In this document: piece after piece, positions 54,501-64,000 of the stretch
Position numbering within the stretch: the stretch's first letter is position 1
Layout of the letters: each line of letters begins with the position of its first letter
Assembly: GCA_030141605.1 (NCBI GenBank)
Contig: JAQGDQ010000836.1
Span: 25,571-89,570, forward strand
From: Tubiluchus corallicola
Lineage: Eukaryota; Animalia; Priapulida
Reading direction: 5' to 3'
DNA length: 64,000 nt
The notes under the pieces: model-generated
What the model was told of the DNA's origin: nothing
Database searches by the model: none
What the model saw: only the letters and a program-made list of their open reading frames with translations
Made by a program: the position numbers and the translations under genes

Positions 54501-57500
54501 AAAATAAAAAAATATTTATATTTATATTGCTACACTAAAATTGAAAGTTTTAAAAACATTGCAAATAAGTCACCATTAAAAAGGTTATGATGATAAAGCC
54601 TTTAAAAGCATTGCAAATAAGTTACATTAAAAAAGATTATGAAGATAAAGCCTTTAAAAGCATTGCAAATAAGTCGCATTAAAGAGGTTATGAAGGTAAA
54701 GGCTTTAAAAACATTGCAAATAAGTTACATTAAAAAAGTTATGAAGTTAAAGCCTTTAAAAACATTGCAGATAAGTCACATTAAAAAGGTTTTGAAGGTA
54801 AAGCCTTTAAAAACATTGCAAATAAGTCACATAAAAAGGTTATGAAGGTAAAGCCTTTAAAAACATCGCAAATAAGTCACATTAAAAAGGTTATGAAGAT
54901 AAAGGCTTTAAAAGCATTGCAAATAAGTCACATTAAAAAGGTTATGAAGATAAAGTCTTTCACACTAAGTACTTGCAACAAAATTGAAAAAAGGACTAAC
55001 ACTGATTAGGTTTCGACCTCACAGAAGCACTAAACAACAATGTAATCATAACATAAGTAGATTAAACATTAAGGTACTAATTCATTTCAATCAATACCTT
55101 TTGTCCAGGCATCGATCTTTCCAGATCAGATAAGTTCATTTTATGATAGATTTCTCTTGGATCTCTCAGGTCTTCCACCGGGATAAAGATCTACAAAAAT
55201 ACAGTTTATTTACTACATAGGAGCAACGTATATTAAAAAAGTTATCTAAGGAAGCCACAAATCATGCAGACAGACATATATTCTCTATGTTCAATAATGT
55301 TCTATGTTCTATGTTGAATGTAGACTCTATATATAATAATAGATGAAAGGCATTAAGCTGCTTACTGAATACTCTAAACAGTACAGTGGAAGCGATGATG
55401 TAAATAGTGAAATGGGCACAGTTCATTAACTCCGCATGCTTTCTCAAAAGCCTCATATTTCATGTCTTTACAAAAAATTCCATACTACTTTTGCAGCCAA
55501 TTTTATATACTAATAATTATTACATTCTTATAGTTCTAAAAACTGCTGTACAAAATATGGTTTACTAAACTTTAAAGATAGCATTTAAATAAGACAATGT
55601 TCTAAAATGTAAAATACGTAGTTTATACTTTTGCTAAAGCTATTTCAAAATCTTGGACTTCTTGCACTTGCTTTCTTGTAGTTGTGCTATCAGTACCGAG
55701 TAATAAACACATTTTCTCCATCATAACTACCCACGCTGCCCGCACATTCTCCGCTAGCGTCGTGTTTTCCAAATATCGCTTCTCGGAATCGAGTGAAAGA
55801 CCGCTTTGTTCAACCTGTGAAAAATAACAATGTGGATAAAGTGAATCCAAATAACAATGTGGATAAAGTGAATCCAAATAACAATGTGGATAAAGCGAAT
55901 CAAAATAACAATGTGGATAAAGTGAATCCAAATAACAATGTGGATAAAGTGAATCCAAATAACAATGTGGATAAAGCGAATCAAAATAACAATGTGGATA
56001 AAGTGAATCCAAATAACAATTGGATAAAGTGAAAGCAAAAAACAATGTGGATAAAGTGAATCCAAATAACAAAGTGGATAAAGTTTTAAAATCATGACAA
56101 GTCTAACTCCTTCGCAACGGGTACCTTCTTAGCTAAACTTCCCACTCTCCAAATTTAATGAAATTTGGAAAAGAAACAGCAAACATATAAGAAAATTACA
56201 CAAGAACTAAAAAGTGTGCTGTTTTTTTCGTTTACCGTGTTTGAAGAAATTTTTCACAAACTAATGGATAAAAACTTGTACAGCAACTCAGCCTAGCAGC
56301 GACGTTGATCTGCCCTGCCGTTCATTAACTCAGGCTATTATTAGCACTCTAATATAACTTTTATTGTCACCTGGGTGTGTGTTCACAGAATGTGACAGTA
56401 ACGAGGGTGTGTGTTCACAGAATGTGACAGTAACAAGGGTGTGTGTTCACAGAATGTGACAGTAACAAGGGTGTGTGTTCACAGAATGTGACAGTAACAA
56501 GGGTGTGTGTTCACAGAATGTGACAGTAACAAGGGTGTGTGTTCACAGAATGTGACAGTAACAAGGGTGTGGGTTCACAGAATGTGACAGTAACAAGTGG
56601 TGTCCATTGTCCAGTGCACCTGAGCTGTACTCTGAACAGACATGATGTTGTTTTGCTTCTGAATATACCAAATGCTTTTGAATGTAAGAAAAATGAAAAA
56701 AAAGATTAATGGAGTTTGTGGTATTTTTTAAAATTTGGTGTAATTTCACAGCTGGATCTATCACTTGGACAGTAATCAGTCACATGTTTACAGCGGGATC
56801 ATTTCTGCATGTTTCGCTTGTTAGCAGTACTGCATGTGTGCTATCAAACTTTCAGCCTCTGCAAAATCTCTCGGAAGTAAACCAGTGTTCATAAAACAAT
56901 ACTGATGGCCATTACGTTACTATACACCTAATTGATTGTTCTGGGAGTGCCGGCTGTTAATTCAACAGCGCAGCGGCCAGTTGCCTGCTGCCAGTGCAGG
57001 GCAGACTCACCAGCGGCAAGTGTTGCAATTTCAGTAAAAATTTCGTGACGCCTTAGTGCGTTTGAACAGCTGTCAAATGTATAAACACGGAGTTATCTAA
57101 ATATCTTTTGCAAAAATTTTAAGCAGAAAATGTATGCTCTATAGTTTTTATGTTGAACAGTTTTAGATACAAGTGAGCACTTGGATGCTAGAAAGTAATG
57201 AAAAGTTTCTCCTATTATGGAGCCACATTGTGGAATGAATTATCAAACTGTCTCCGAATGGCCGAAAATCTTGGGGAATTAACTCATGGACTGTGTACCA
57301 TGTAAATGTGCAATTTGTAAATTCAAAGAACTTCTCAATTTTGTCAAGTCGTAACTAAATGTTGGCAGAAAAAGTTTTATTGACCTAGATAGATTTTTGT
57401 GTAAATTTTGGAGAATGTTACTGCCTAAAATTTTTACTCTCTCAATTCTTAACTGTCTCAATTTTTACTGTACCAATACCTCTGGTGGCATCCAAAAGAT

Positions 57501-60500
57501 TTAAGAAGTACATATTATTACCATGTTATCGCTCATACACATTGTTTGATATCAGTTTACGAGCTTTAAAAGCTCATGTTTTTACAAATATGTACTGCTT
57601 TAGATCATACCGATGAAAATAAATCTTATCTTATCTTATCTTATCATCTATCTTATCATCTCATCTCATCATCTCATCATCTCACCTCACCTCACCTCAC
57701 CTCACCTCACCTCACCTCACCTCACCTCACCTCACCTCACCTCATCTAATCTTAATCTTAACCTTACCTTACCTTACCTTACCTTACCTTACCTTACCTT
57801 ACCTTATCTTATCTTATCTTATCTTATCTTATCTTATCTTACAATTTAAGATTAAAATTTAATTACATTAAACAATCCCAACGTAATGAACAGCTTAGTA
57901 ATCAATTACAAAATGATAGTCACCTGCTTAGTGGTAGGTGACATATATGGAGCAAACTGTGAAAAAAAGGGATAGGATTTACCTGTATGATGTTTATAGA
58001 ATTGTTCATGTCGTCTGCTCCTACAGGCCACTCAAACAACGGCGCCATGTTCATTCTGTGCAGAGAAGTCAAAGCGTTCATGAAATTCCATGAACTGGGA
58101 TCCCAGTCACTCTTGAATATACTACTAGATCCAGACTGACTGATTAACTGCATGAAAAAAAACAGGTGAACAACACCAACACCGACAATTACGTTAAAAC
58201 GTTGATTTATTAGTTGTTTACTAATAACTGTAACTGTTGTATGTAAGCGGTCACAAGTTCAAGCACGACCGAGCTCTTATCTTCATCCTTCTAAGAGTAC
58301 ATGACACCAGTACGACAACATACATGCTAATTCAAATTCATATATCCACAGTCATATTAATTAAATCATAGTTTTTTCATTTTTTCGTACATAGTTGTAA
58401 ATACATTTGATTTTATTCGTCGTTACTTTCCATTACTGCACAGTAGCTTAGATTGCACTGACGCAATTGCCTTTAGCAGTGTAAGTTTTTATTAACTAAT
58501 ACCGATTGATCATCTCTGTAAAGTTTTTATCAGTGATTATCAATGTATTTTAATGGCAAATAAAGATTATATATATATATACTGGCTCAACCATTTCTAA
58601 AACGAATTCATGTGAAAATCTATTCAGCCACTATCGCAAACTTGCAACTTCATGCGTGCGAGATTTGGCTTTCGAATTTTTTATTTGAAGTCCAAGTTGA
58701 TTAATACAGATGAATTAATTAATACAGGCAATTGAATGCATTAAGCTGATACAAGATGGTGCTTCTGGCACTTGTAATTGTACATTTCGTAACTCCTTTG
58801 CTCCTGAAATGCTACATAGTTTGACCACAGTAATTGTACATTTCGTAACTCCTTTGCTCCTGAAATGCTACATAGTTTGACCACACTCTTGCCAACTCTT
58901 ACAGGCTCATTCAAAAATGACAGATCTTTGGTAATCAACTCTTGGTATTGAACACATCAACATGCTGAGATTCAATTTTACAGTTTCAAAATAATTTTCA
59001 CGGATCAAGTAGCAGCAAGGCTGCAAGTCAGCATAATCAGTAACAAGCAAAGGTGTAAGTGTCTAAGATCTAGCCCAAGATAAAATATAAAAAAGATGTG
59101 TACAAGGATAGGATACCTTCTGTATAGGTTCGACACCTTTGGCTTCTATGCCAGCTTTGTCCATGCAGGCTTTGTAAAACTGCTGCGCCTTTTGTACAGC
59201 GGCTGAATTTGTTCCATTGACTTGAGTCGAATTTTGCTCTAAAAGCTGTTAAAACAGAAACAGAAATTCTACAATGTAGAACATACGTAACAACAACTGC
59301 AAATGTCAAGCAAACAAATAAAAACAAACAAACAAACAAAAAATGGCATGATTTAACTTAAATCAAGAACTTTGCAACCGGCAAATAAATATTGCTAAAT
59401 TATTTAGGTTTATAACAAATAGCACTTAAGCAAACATGTAATTTGAAATTCAGGCAAATAAAACTCAGTTCACGTTTAAGAGGTATCGTCATCATCATCA
59501 TCATCGTCATCATCATCATCATCATCGTCATCATCATCATCATCGTCATCACCACCATCATCATCATCATCATCACCATCATCATCATCATAACACGGTT
59601 CACTTTTCAAGTGGTTTTCAAGCTAGTATATTTTATGAAAATGCTATTGGGCTAAGACTTGTATATAGAAGTAGCAGTCACCCTCTCGTATCGCTAGCTA
59701 ACATAATGGGGTACAAGTGACCAGTCCTGTCGGGTCGTCGTTGCTGTTATGGACACAATCTGAAATTGCTGAATGTACCGTCTATGCTGTCAATGTTCTG
59801 CAGAAATGGTTTATAATAAAAGTTTACCACTACAGTGTTCCCTCGCTACTTCGCGGTTCGTTTATCGCGGGTTTTTGCCGTACTCCGTCTAAAGTATTTT
59901 TGCACATGCGTAGTACGTATTGTACAGTAATGTATAGATTTGACGAATTTTGCATAAAAATATATTAAAAATATTAATTCTAACATTAAAAGAATATTAT
60001 AAATCATAAAAAATTATCATTTACAGTAAATAGTGTATTTATTCAGCGGATGAATACACACCAAAAACGAAATGTAGTACTTGCGCCCACTTGAGATGCT
60101 ACTTGCCGACGCGAGATTGTACACAACACACGATTGGTTGATTGATGGAAAGTTTTTTAAAAGGTACATGTACAGTATGGGAAAAGTTATTAAGGGAATG
60201 GGAAAGGGTTATGTATAAGAGTGTGGGGAGGGTTTATAAAGACTTAAAATGTGTAATTACTAAAATAAGTATAGCGTCCCTACTTTGCGGAAATTCGCTT
60301 ATCGCGCGTGGATCTGGGAACGGAACACCCGCGATAAGTGAGGGAATACTGTACATTTTAAAATTTCACATTTTCACTTTTCCTGTCAAGGGAAACAGTT
60401 CATTAATAAAGGAAAACACGACCTTGCTAGTTTTCAAGCTAAAAAGCCAAAAAGTCCAACTTAAATATACAAACAATATTACCTCTTTCGTGATTACTCT

Positions 60501-61664
60501 CAGATCTTTATCAATAATGCTGAAATAGTCCCATCTTCTGTGTCCAGGTGGCACCGCCATATTCTTTGCAAAGTTGCCACATGCGTATTTGAAAAAGTTG
60601 TTACAGGGACTGACAGACAAATTCATATTTTTTAAAATCCGGGCACTAAGATCAACACACTCAGGAGAAAGACAAGAAGTCTAAAAAAACAGAAATCATA
60701 CTGAAGCACTAGTATCACTCAGCCAGAAATCTAGGAAATGTTCAAATTGTGAAACAACATAAATTTCTTGAATACAGTCAACCTTGGATAAAATTGACAC
60801 CTCCGGACCGGAAAAACCTTATATCCGATGTCTCTTATAGCCGAAGTTGAGTCAGACCGAGGGTGTATCTAGACCTGTACTTTTCTGTATTTTTACCCAT
60901 ATTTTTATGGATTATTGCTACACATTCAGTACAAACGGTATGTAGGAAGCTCCTTCAGTGAAGCGAGATGTATATGACCGCGGAAACCGAGCTGTTCGAA
61001 GGCCGAGTTTGCGAAAAATTGAAGTTAAAAATCAATCAATTTTGCTTTGATCATAGGGTTCCTTGTGTGCGAGGTAATTTACCTGGGTTTCTAGTATGCG
61101 TAAACCTGAAGACATCGTCCCTTATAACCGAAAGTCCCTTATATCTGAGTACCTTATATACGAAGATTTTTACATAAGAAAAACCTTACCAAAAATCGTT
61201 ACTGGTGTTGGTGGTCCCTTATAAGCGAGTGTCCGTTATAAGCAACTACCTCATACCCGAGGTTGACCATAACATAATTGACAAGTATATGAGACAAGTT
61301 ATTCAAGAGTCCAGAGTCAATTACAGTTTTACACGAATTTTATAATACTCTTATTCGATAACAGTTTTAAATGTAACAGTTTCAAATGTACTAACAAAAA
61401 ATCCAAAAAATGAATATAATAGTTACAAACCGGGTGAAATTTTTAAAATAGCCATTTTATAGCTGTCATACTAACGTAATTGTAATTTGACAACGAATAC
61501 GTAACAACCACTTACATAAACCAGCTCATTTTGTTTGTGGTAGATACCTATATAAGCAACAAGTGCACATATCACCAGAATGCAAACTGAAGACAAACAC
61601 ATCCATTTCTTCTCGGCTCCACTGCACAATTTGTTAGGCCTCTGTTGGCTGTTCCCTAAAGGCC
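42370..61664 (-). CDS. M13 family zinc metallopeptidase (neprilysin / endothelin-converting-enzyme-like), type II membrane; 5'-incomplete, 15 exons
   Basis: Exons 61664-61516, 60680-60483, 59245-59117, 58147-57983, 55814-55629, 55190-55098, 53693-53569, 52577-52515, 51394-51235, 50654-50478, 49183-49083, 47378-47200, 45177-45053, 44093-43926, 42546-42370; all GT-AG and in phase (~730 aa). Motifs PC..F..YACG, VNAYY, HEFTH, ENIAD, HSP..FRV.G, C-terminal C.IW. Confidence 0.95.
43398..43768. mobile_element. hAT (Charlie-like) MITE
   Basis: TIR CAGGGGTGTGCAAA ... TTTGCACACCCCTG with a perfect 8-bp TSD gtttaata. Confidence 0.92.
43926..44093 (-). CDS. M13 peptidase exon (ENIAD, third Zn ligand)
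   Basis: [24 protein letters not shown]...QLFFIGAAQ. Confidence 0.95.
45053..45177 (-). CDS. M13 peptidase exon
   Basis: [35 protein letters not shown]. Confidence 0.95.
46206..46347 (-). mobile_element. tRNA-derived SINE fragment with Meta-like central domain
   Basis: Minus strand: TAGTCTAGTGG (A-box) ... GAGTTCGAACC (B-box) then GGTCATACCAAAGACTTTAAAAATGGTACC, which I recall as MetaSINE-like. Confidence 0.65.
46563..47111 (-). mobile_element. 5S rRNA-derived SINE, second copy
   Basis: Reverse-complement homologue of 23580-24121; (CAA)n tail; 13-bp TSD acaactattaact (46550-62 / 47112-24). Confidence 0.88.
47200..47378 (-). CDS. M13 peptidase catalytic exon (VNAYY, HEFTH)
   Basis: [14 protein letters not shown]...[16 protein letters not shown]. 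Confidence 0.97.
48231..48727. mobile_element. pogo/Tigger-like MITE
   Basis: TA-CAGTCAACCTCGG(G)TATAAG ... CTTATATCCGAGGTTGACTG-TA; second copy at 60775-61268. Confidence 0.88.
49083..49183 (-). CDS. M13 peptidase exon
   Basis: [33 protein letters not shown]; phases fit both neighbours. Confidence 0.85.
49641..50279 (+). mobile_element. Family A TTAA MITE copy
   Basis: TTAAAGGACAAGAAAAG ... GGGTTTTCTTGTGCTTTAA. Confidence 0.8.
50478..50654 (-). CDS. M13 peptidase exon
   Basis: [45 protein letters not shown]. Confidence 0.95.
51235..51394 (-). CDS. M13 peptidase exon
   Basis: [14 protein letters not shown]...WQRCVS...[10 protein letters not shown]. Confidence 0.92.
51696..52274 (+). mobile_element. 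MITE family B copy
   Basis: TTAA ends and TIRs. Confidence 0.85.
52515..52577 (-). CDS. M13 peptidase exon
   Basis: [20 protein letters not shown]. Confidence 0.88.
52651..53484. mobile_element. pogo/Tigger-like MITE carrying an internal 5S fragment
   Basis: TA-CAGTCAACCCTCGTTAAACCGG ... CCGGTTTAGCGAGGGTCGACTG-TA; 5S-like sequence at ~53180-53251; internal duplication. Confidence 0.8.
53569..53693 (-). CDS. M13 peptidase exon
   Basis: [41 protein letters not shown]. Confidence 0.88.
53727..54275 (-). mobile_element. MITE family B copy (inverted), ~33 bp upstream of an exon
   Basis: TTAAAGGAAAACCGGATG ... CGTCCGGTCTTCCTTTAA. Confidence 0.85.
54540..54960. repeat. ~51-bp minisatellite, ~8 copies
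   Basis: aaacattgcaaataagtcacattaaaaaggttatgaaggtaaagccttta repeated. Confidence 0.9.
55098..55190 (-). CDS. M13 peptidase exon
   Basis: [31 protein letters not shown]. Confidence 0.9.
55629..55814 (-). CDS. M13 peptidase exon
   Basis: [15 protein letters not shown]...[10 protein letters not shown]. Confidence 0.9.
55820..56085. repeat. 30-bp minisatellite abutting a splice acceptor
   Basis: aaataacaatgtggataaagtgaatcc-like unit, ~9 copies. Confidence 0.92.
56373..56597. repeat. 32-bp minisatellite, 7 copies
   Basis: gggtgtgtgttcacagaatgtgacagtaacaa repeated. Confidence 0.93.
57622..57841. repeat. Compound pentanucleotide microsatellite (TCTTA/CCTCA/CCTTA)
   Basis: Read directly. Confidence 0.92.
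57983..58147 (-). CDS. M13 peptidase exon
   Basis: LISQSG...[36 protein letters not shown]. Confidence 0.9.
59117..59245 (-). CDS. M13 peptidase exon
   Basis: LLEQNST...[28 protein letters not shown]. Confidence 0.92.
59833..60351. mobile_element. Tigger-like MITE
   Basis: TA-CAGTGTTCCCTCGCTACTTCGCGG ... CCGCGATAAGTGAGGGAATACTG-TA. Confidence 0.8.
60483..60680 (-). CDS. M13 peptidase exon (N-terminal Cys cluster)
   Basis: [37 protein letters not shown]. Confidence 0.95.
60775..61268. mobile_element. pogo/Tigger-like MITE, inverted copy of 48231-48727
   Basis: Reverse-complement homology along its length. Confidence 0.85.
61516..61664 (-). CDS. M13 peptidase signal-anchor exon
   Basis: [28 protein letters not shown]; TTCCAG acceptor, GTAAGT donor; joins the next exon in phase 0. 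Confidence 0.82.
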
Positions 61665-61769
61665 CTGGAACAAAACGTTAGAGTTTGGCAGTATTGCAGT
61701 CACAGTTACATCACAGTCCAATTACATATGCTAATGTAATTATGCGATTAAACTTTCAGCAAGTCAAGG

Positions 61770-62710
61770 TATGTTAAGTGGTTTTTCTTTGTTATATTAA
61801 GATATGTCAAGATATGTTAAGTGGTTTTTCTTTGTTATGTTAGGATATGTTAAGTGGTTTTTCTTTGTTACATTAAGATATGTCAAGATATGTTAAGTGG
61901 TTTTTCTTTGCTATGTTAAGATATGTCAAGATATGTTAAGTGGTTTTTCTTTGCTATGTTAAGATATGTCAAGATATGTTAAGTGGTTTTTCTTTGTTAC
62001 GTTAAGATATGTTAAGTGGTTTTTCTTTATTTAATATATCAAGATATGTTAAGTGGTTTTTCTTTGCTATGTTAAGATATGTCAAGATATGTTAAGTGGT
62101 TTTTCTTTGCTATGTTAAGATATGTCAAGATATGTTAAGTGGTTTTTCTTTGTTATGTTAGGATATGTTAAGTGGTTTTTCTTTGTTACATTAAGATATG
62201 TCAAGATATGTTAAGTGGCTTTTCTTTGCTATGTTAAGATATGTCAAGATATGTTAAGTGGTTTTTCTTTGCTATGTTAAGATAAGTCAAGATATGTTAA
62301 GTGGTTTTTCTCTGCTACGTTAAGATATGTCAAGATATGTTAAGTGGTTTTTCTTTGCTACATTAAGATATGTCAAGATATGTTAAGTTATTTCTCTCTG
62401 CTATGTTAAGATATGTTAAATGGTTTTTCTCTGCTATGTTAAGATATGTCAAGATATGTTAAGTGGTTTTTTTGCTATGTTAAGATATGTCAAGTTATGT
62501 TAAGTGGTTTTTCTTTGCTATGTTAAAATATGTCAAGATATGTTAAGTGGTTTTTCTTTGTTATGTTAGGATATGTTAAGTGGTTTTTCTTTGTTACATT
62601 AAGATATGTCAAGATATGTTAAGTGGTTTTTCTTTACTATGTTAAGATATGTCAAGATATGTTAAGTGGTTTTTCTTTGCTATGTTAAGATATGTTAAGT
62701 GGGTTTTCTT
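61770..62710. repeat. ~43-bp satellite array (gatatgtcaagatatgttaagtggtttttctttgctatgttaa)
   Basis: More than 20 tandem copies, with 33-bp variants. Confidence 0.95.
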
Positions 62711-63159
62711 TCACATCCAGTTTCGACTTAGATTCTCAGGTGATAAACAGGTCATCTTATTATGTTTTCATCTTTTGCTATAGCACGTATTATCTTTTGC
62801 TAGAATATCATCAAAGAGCTATCAAGTATCAAGATGATTTTCAAGAACCACACATTGTTAGACAGGAACACTTGGAAGGCAACTGTGGCAAAAGTCAGGC
62901 AGTCCTCGATCTACTGAAGACGTAAGCAAAATAAAGAGAAGTTCTAGCTAAAATAAATGTCACGAGGCAAGGGCCTCATACTATGCAACAGTTTTGGCTC
63001 TCCATGGTCAAGAATCAAAGCTGCTCGTCTAAAGTGTCATCAACATTTTTTGTAAACAAATGGTCAACTTTTCGTAACAAGAAATGAATCCCAATTACGA
63101 GGGAGCCCTTTTAGTTTTCACAGACTCTAGACATTTTGCTAATTCATATTGGACATGAC

Positions 63160-63250
63160 AAAGATGTTCACGTATACACTGAGGGCAACAGAGATGTTCA
63201 CATATACACTGAGGACAACAGAGATGTTCATGTATACACCGAGGGCAACA
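63160..63250. repeat. 30-bp tandem repeat, ~3 copies
   Basis: agatgttca(c/t)(g/a)tatacac(t/c)gagg repeated. Confidence 0.8.
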
Positions 63251-64000
63251 TATAGATAACAAAGATTCAGATTGACAATCACAACAGAAAACAGCCAACT
63301 AGTACTTAAAATTCATCTTTACAAAATGTCAACATTTTTAATTTTTTTCATCGATCATCTTCTATTAATGCCTGCCACACTGTCGTGAATGCTCCATTTT
63401 TCAAAAAATTTAGTCGCGTAATTTGCCCCGATAAGTAACACTTGAAGGTGCAGTTTGCAGCCACAAAATATCCCAAACATTTTTCGTGTTTTTCATAATA
63501 ACTACTGTTCAGAGATAAAGCTATTCACAAACAAATATAATTTAAAAAATGTAGATTGATACATACTCTGAAATATAACTGTCGTGCGACTGCTGTAAAG
63601 TTCCAACTTTCAAAAATTCACTTCGACAATAAAACTTGAAATGAATATTCGTCTATGGCATTTGGAAACCTTTTGCAAGCATATAGACATAAACATAGAC
63701 ATAGACATTCACATAGACATAGACATAGAACATTTTTCTCCAATACAGTTTTACAGCAAAAGTTTGTTAAATGTTGAATAATTGTGACTAGGTGACGTTA
63801 TAGTCTTTTCGCTATCCTTCTCTAGTTCTACATCTATCTATTCATTTAACCATTCTTCAAAACTTATTAGCGATTCTTTTATTAATCACGTTTTATTATA
63901 GTACTATAAAGAGATAAATAAATTAAAATTGAATTGAATTGTAATCATGAAGCAGGGTAGGGAGGGACCATCAAGTCATTTAGTCTCCTGCCCTTTCTTA

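Noticed and set aside
61770-62710. CRISPR-like array (also 54540-54960, 55820-56085, 56373-56597)
   Set aside because: Head-to-tail satellites without unique spacers, eukaryotic intron context, no cas genes.
62800-62925. Plus-strand exon-like segment / ORF 62692-62925
   Set aside because: No recognisable protein and no partner exons; possibly a decayed retroelement end; wrong strand for the missing M13 start exon.

Overview
AT-rich, repeat-dense genomic DNA from an animal (invertebrate; the phylum cannot be fixed from the sequence). By hand-splicing at GT-AG sites I recover three tandem minus-strand genes, all encoding extracellular or cell-surface proteins. (1) An M13 (neprilysin/ECE-like) zinc metallopeptidase: 15 exons, 61664->42370, start codon not found in the window. 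(2) A 7-coding-exon, ~885-aa cuticlin/Dusky-type ZP-domain membrane protein (31195->20229) with a long acidic Tyr/Pro/Gln-rich QGYP-repeat N-terminus, an RYKR furin site and a TM anchor. (3) A ~611-aa secreted Pro/Val/Glu/Tyr-rich protein (10423->6901) built from near-identical 56-aa KHKGY-containing repeats, which I cannot assign to a family; eroded repeat copies lie beyond its stop codon. Introns and intergenic DNA hold two copies of a 5S-rRNA-headed SINE with TSDs, two multi-copy TTAA-flanked MITE families (5 and 6 copies), pogo/Tigger-like and hAT MITEs, long hairpin elements, tRNA-derived SINE remnants and many mini- and microsatellites. Most ORF-track entries are shadow or low-complexity ORFs. 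The best candidate for a new system is a co-oriented extracellular-matrix (cuticle/coat/adhesive) gene cluster; this is an inference, not demonstrated.
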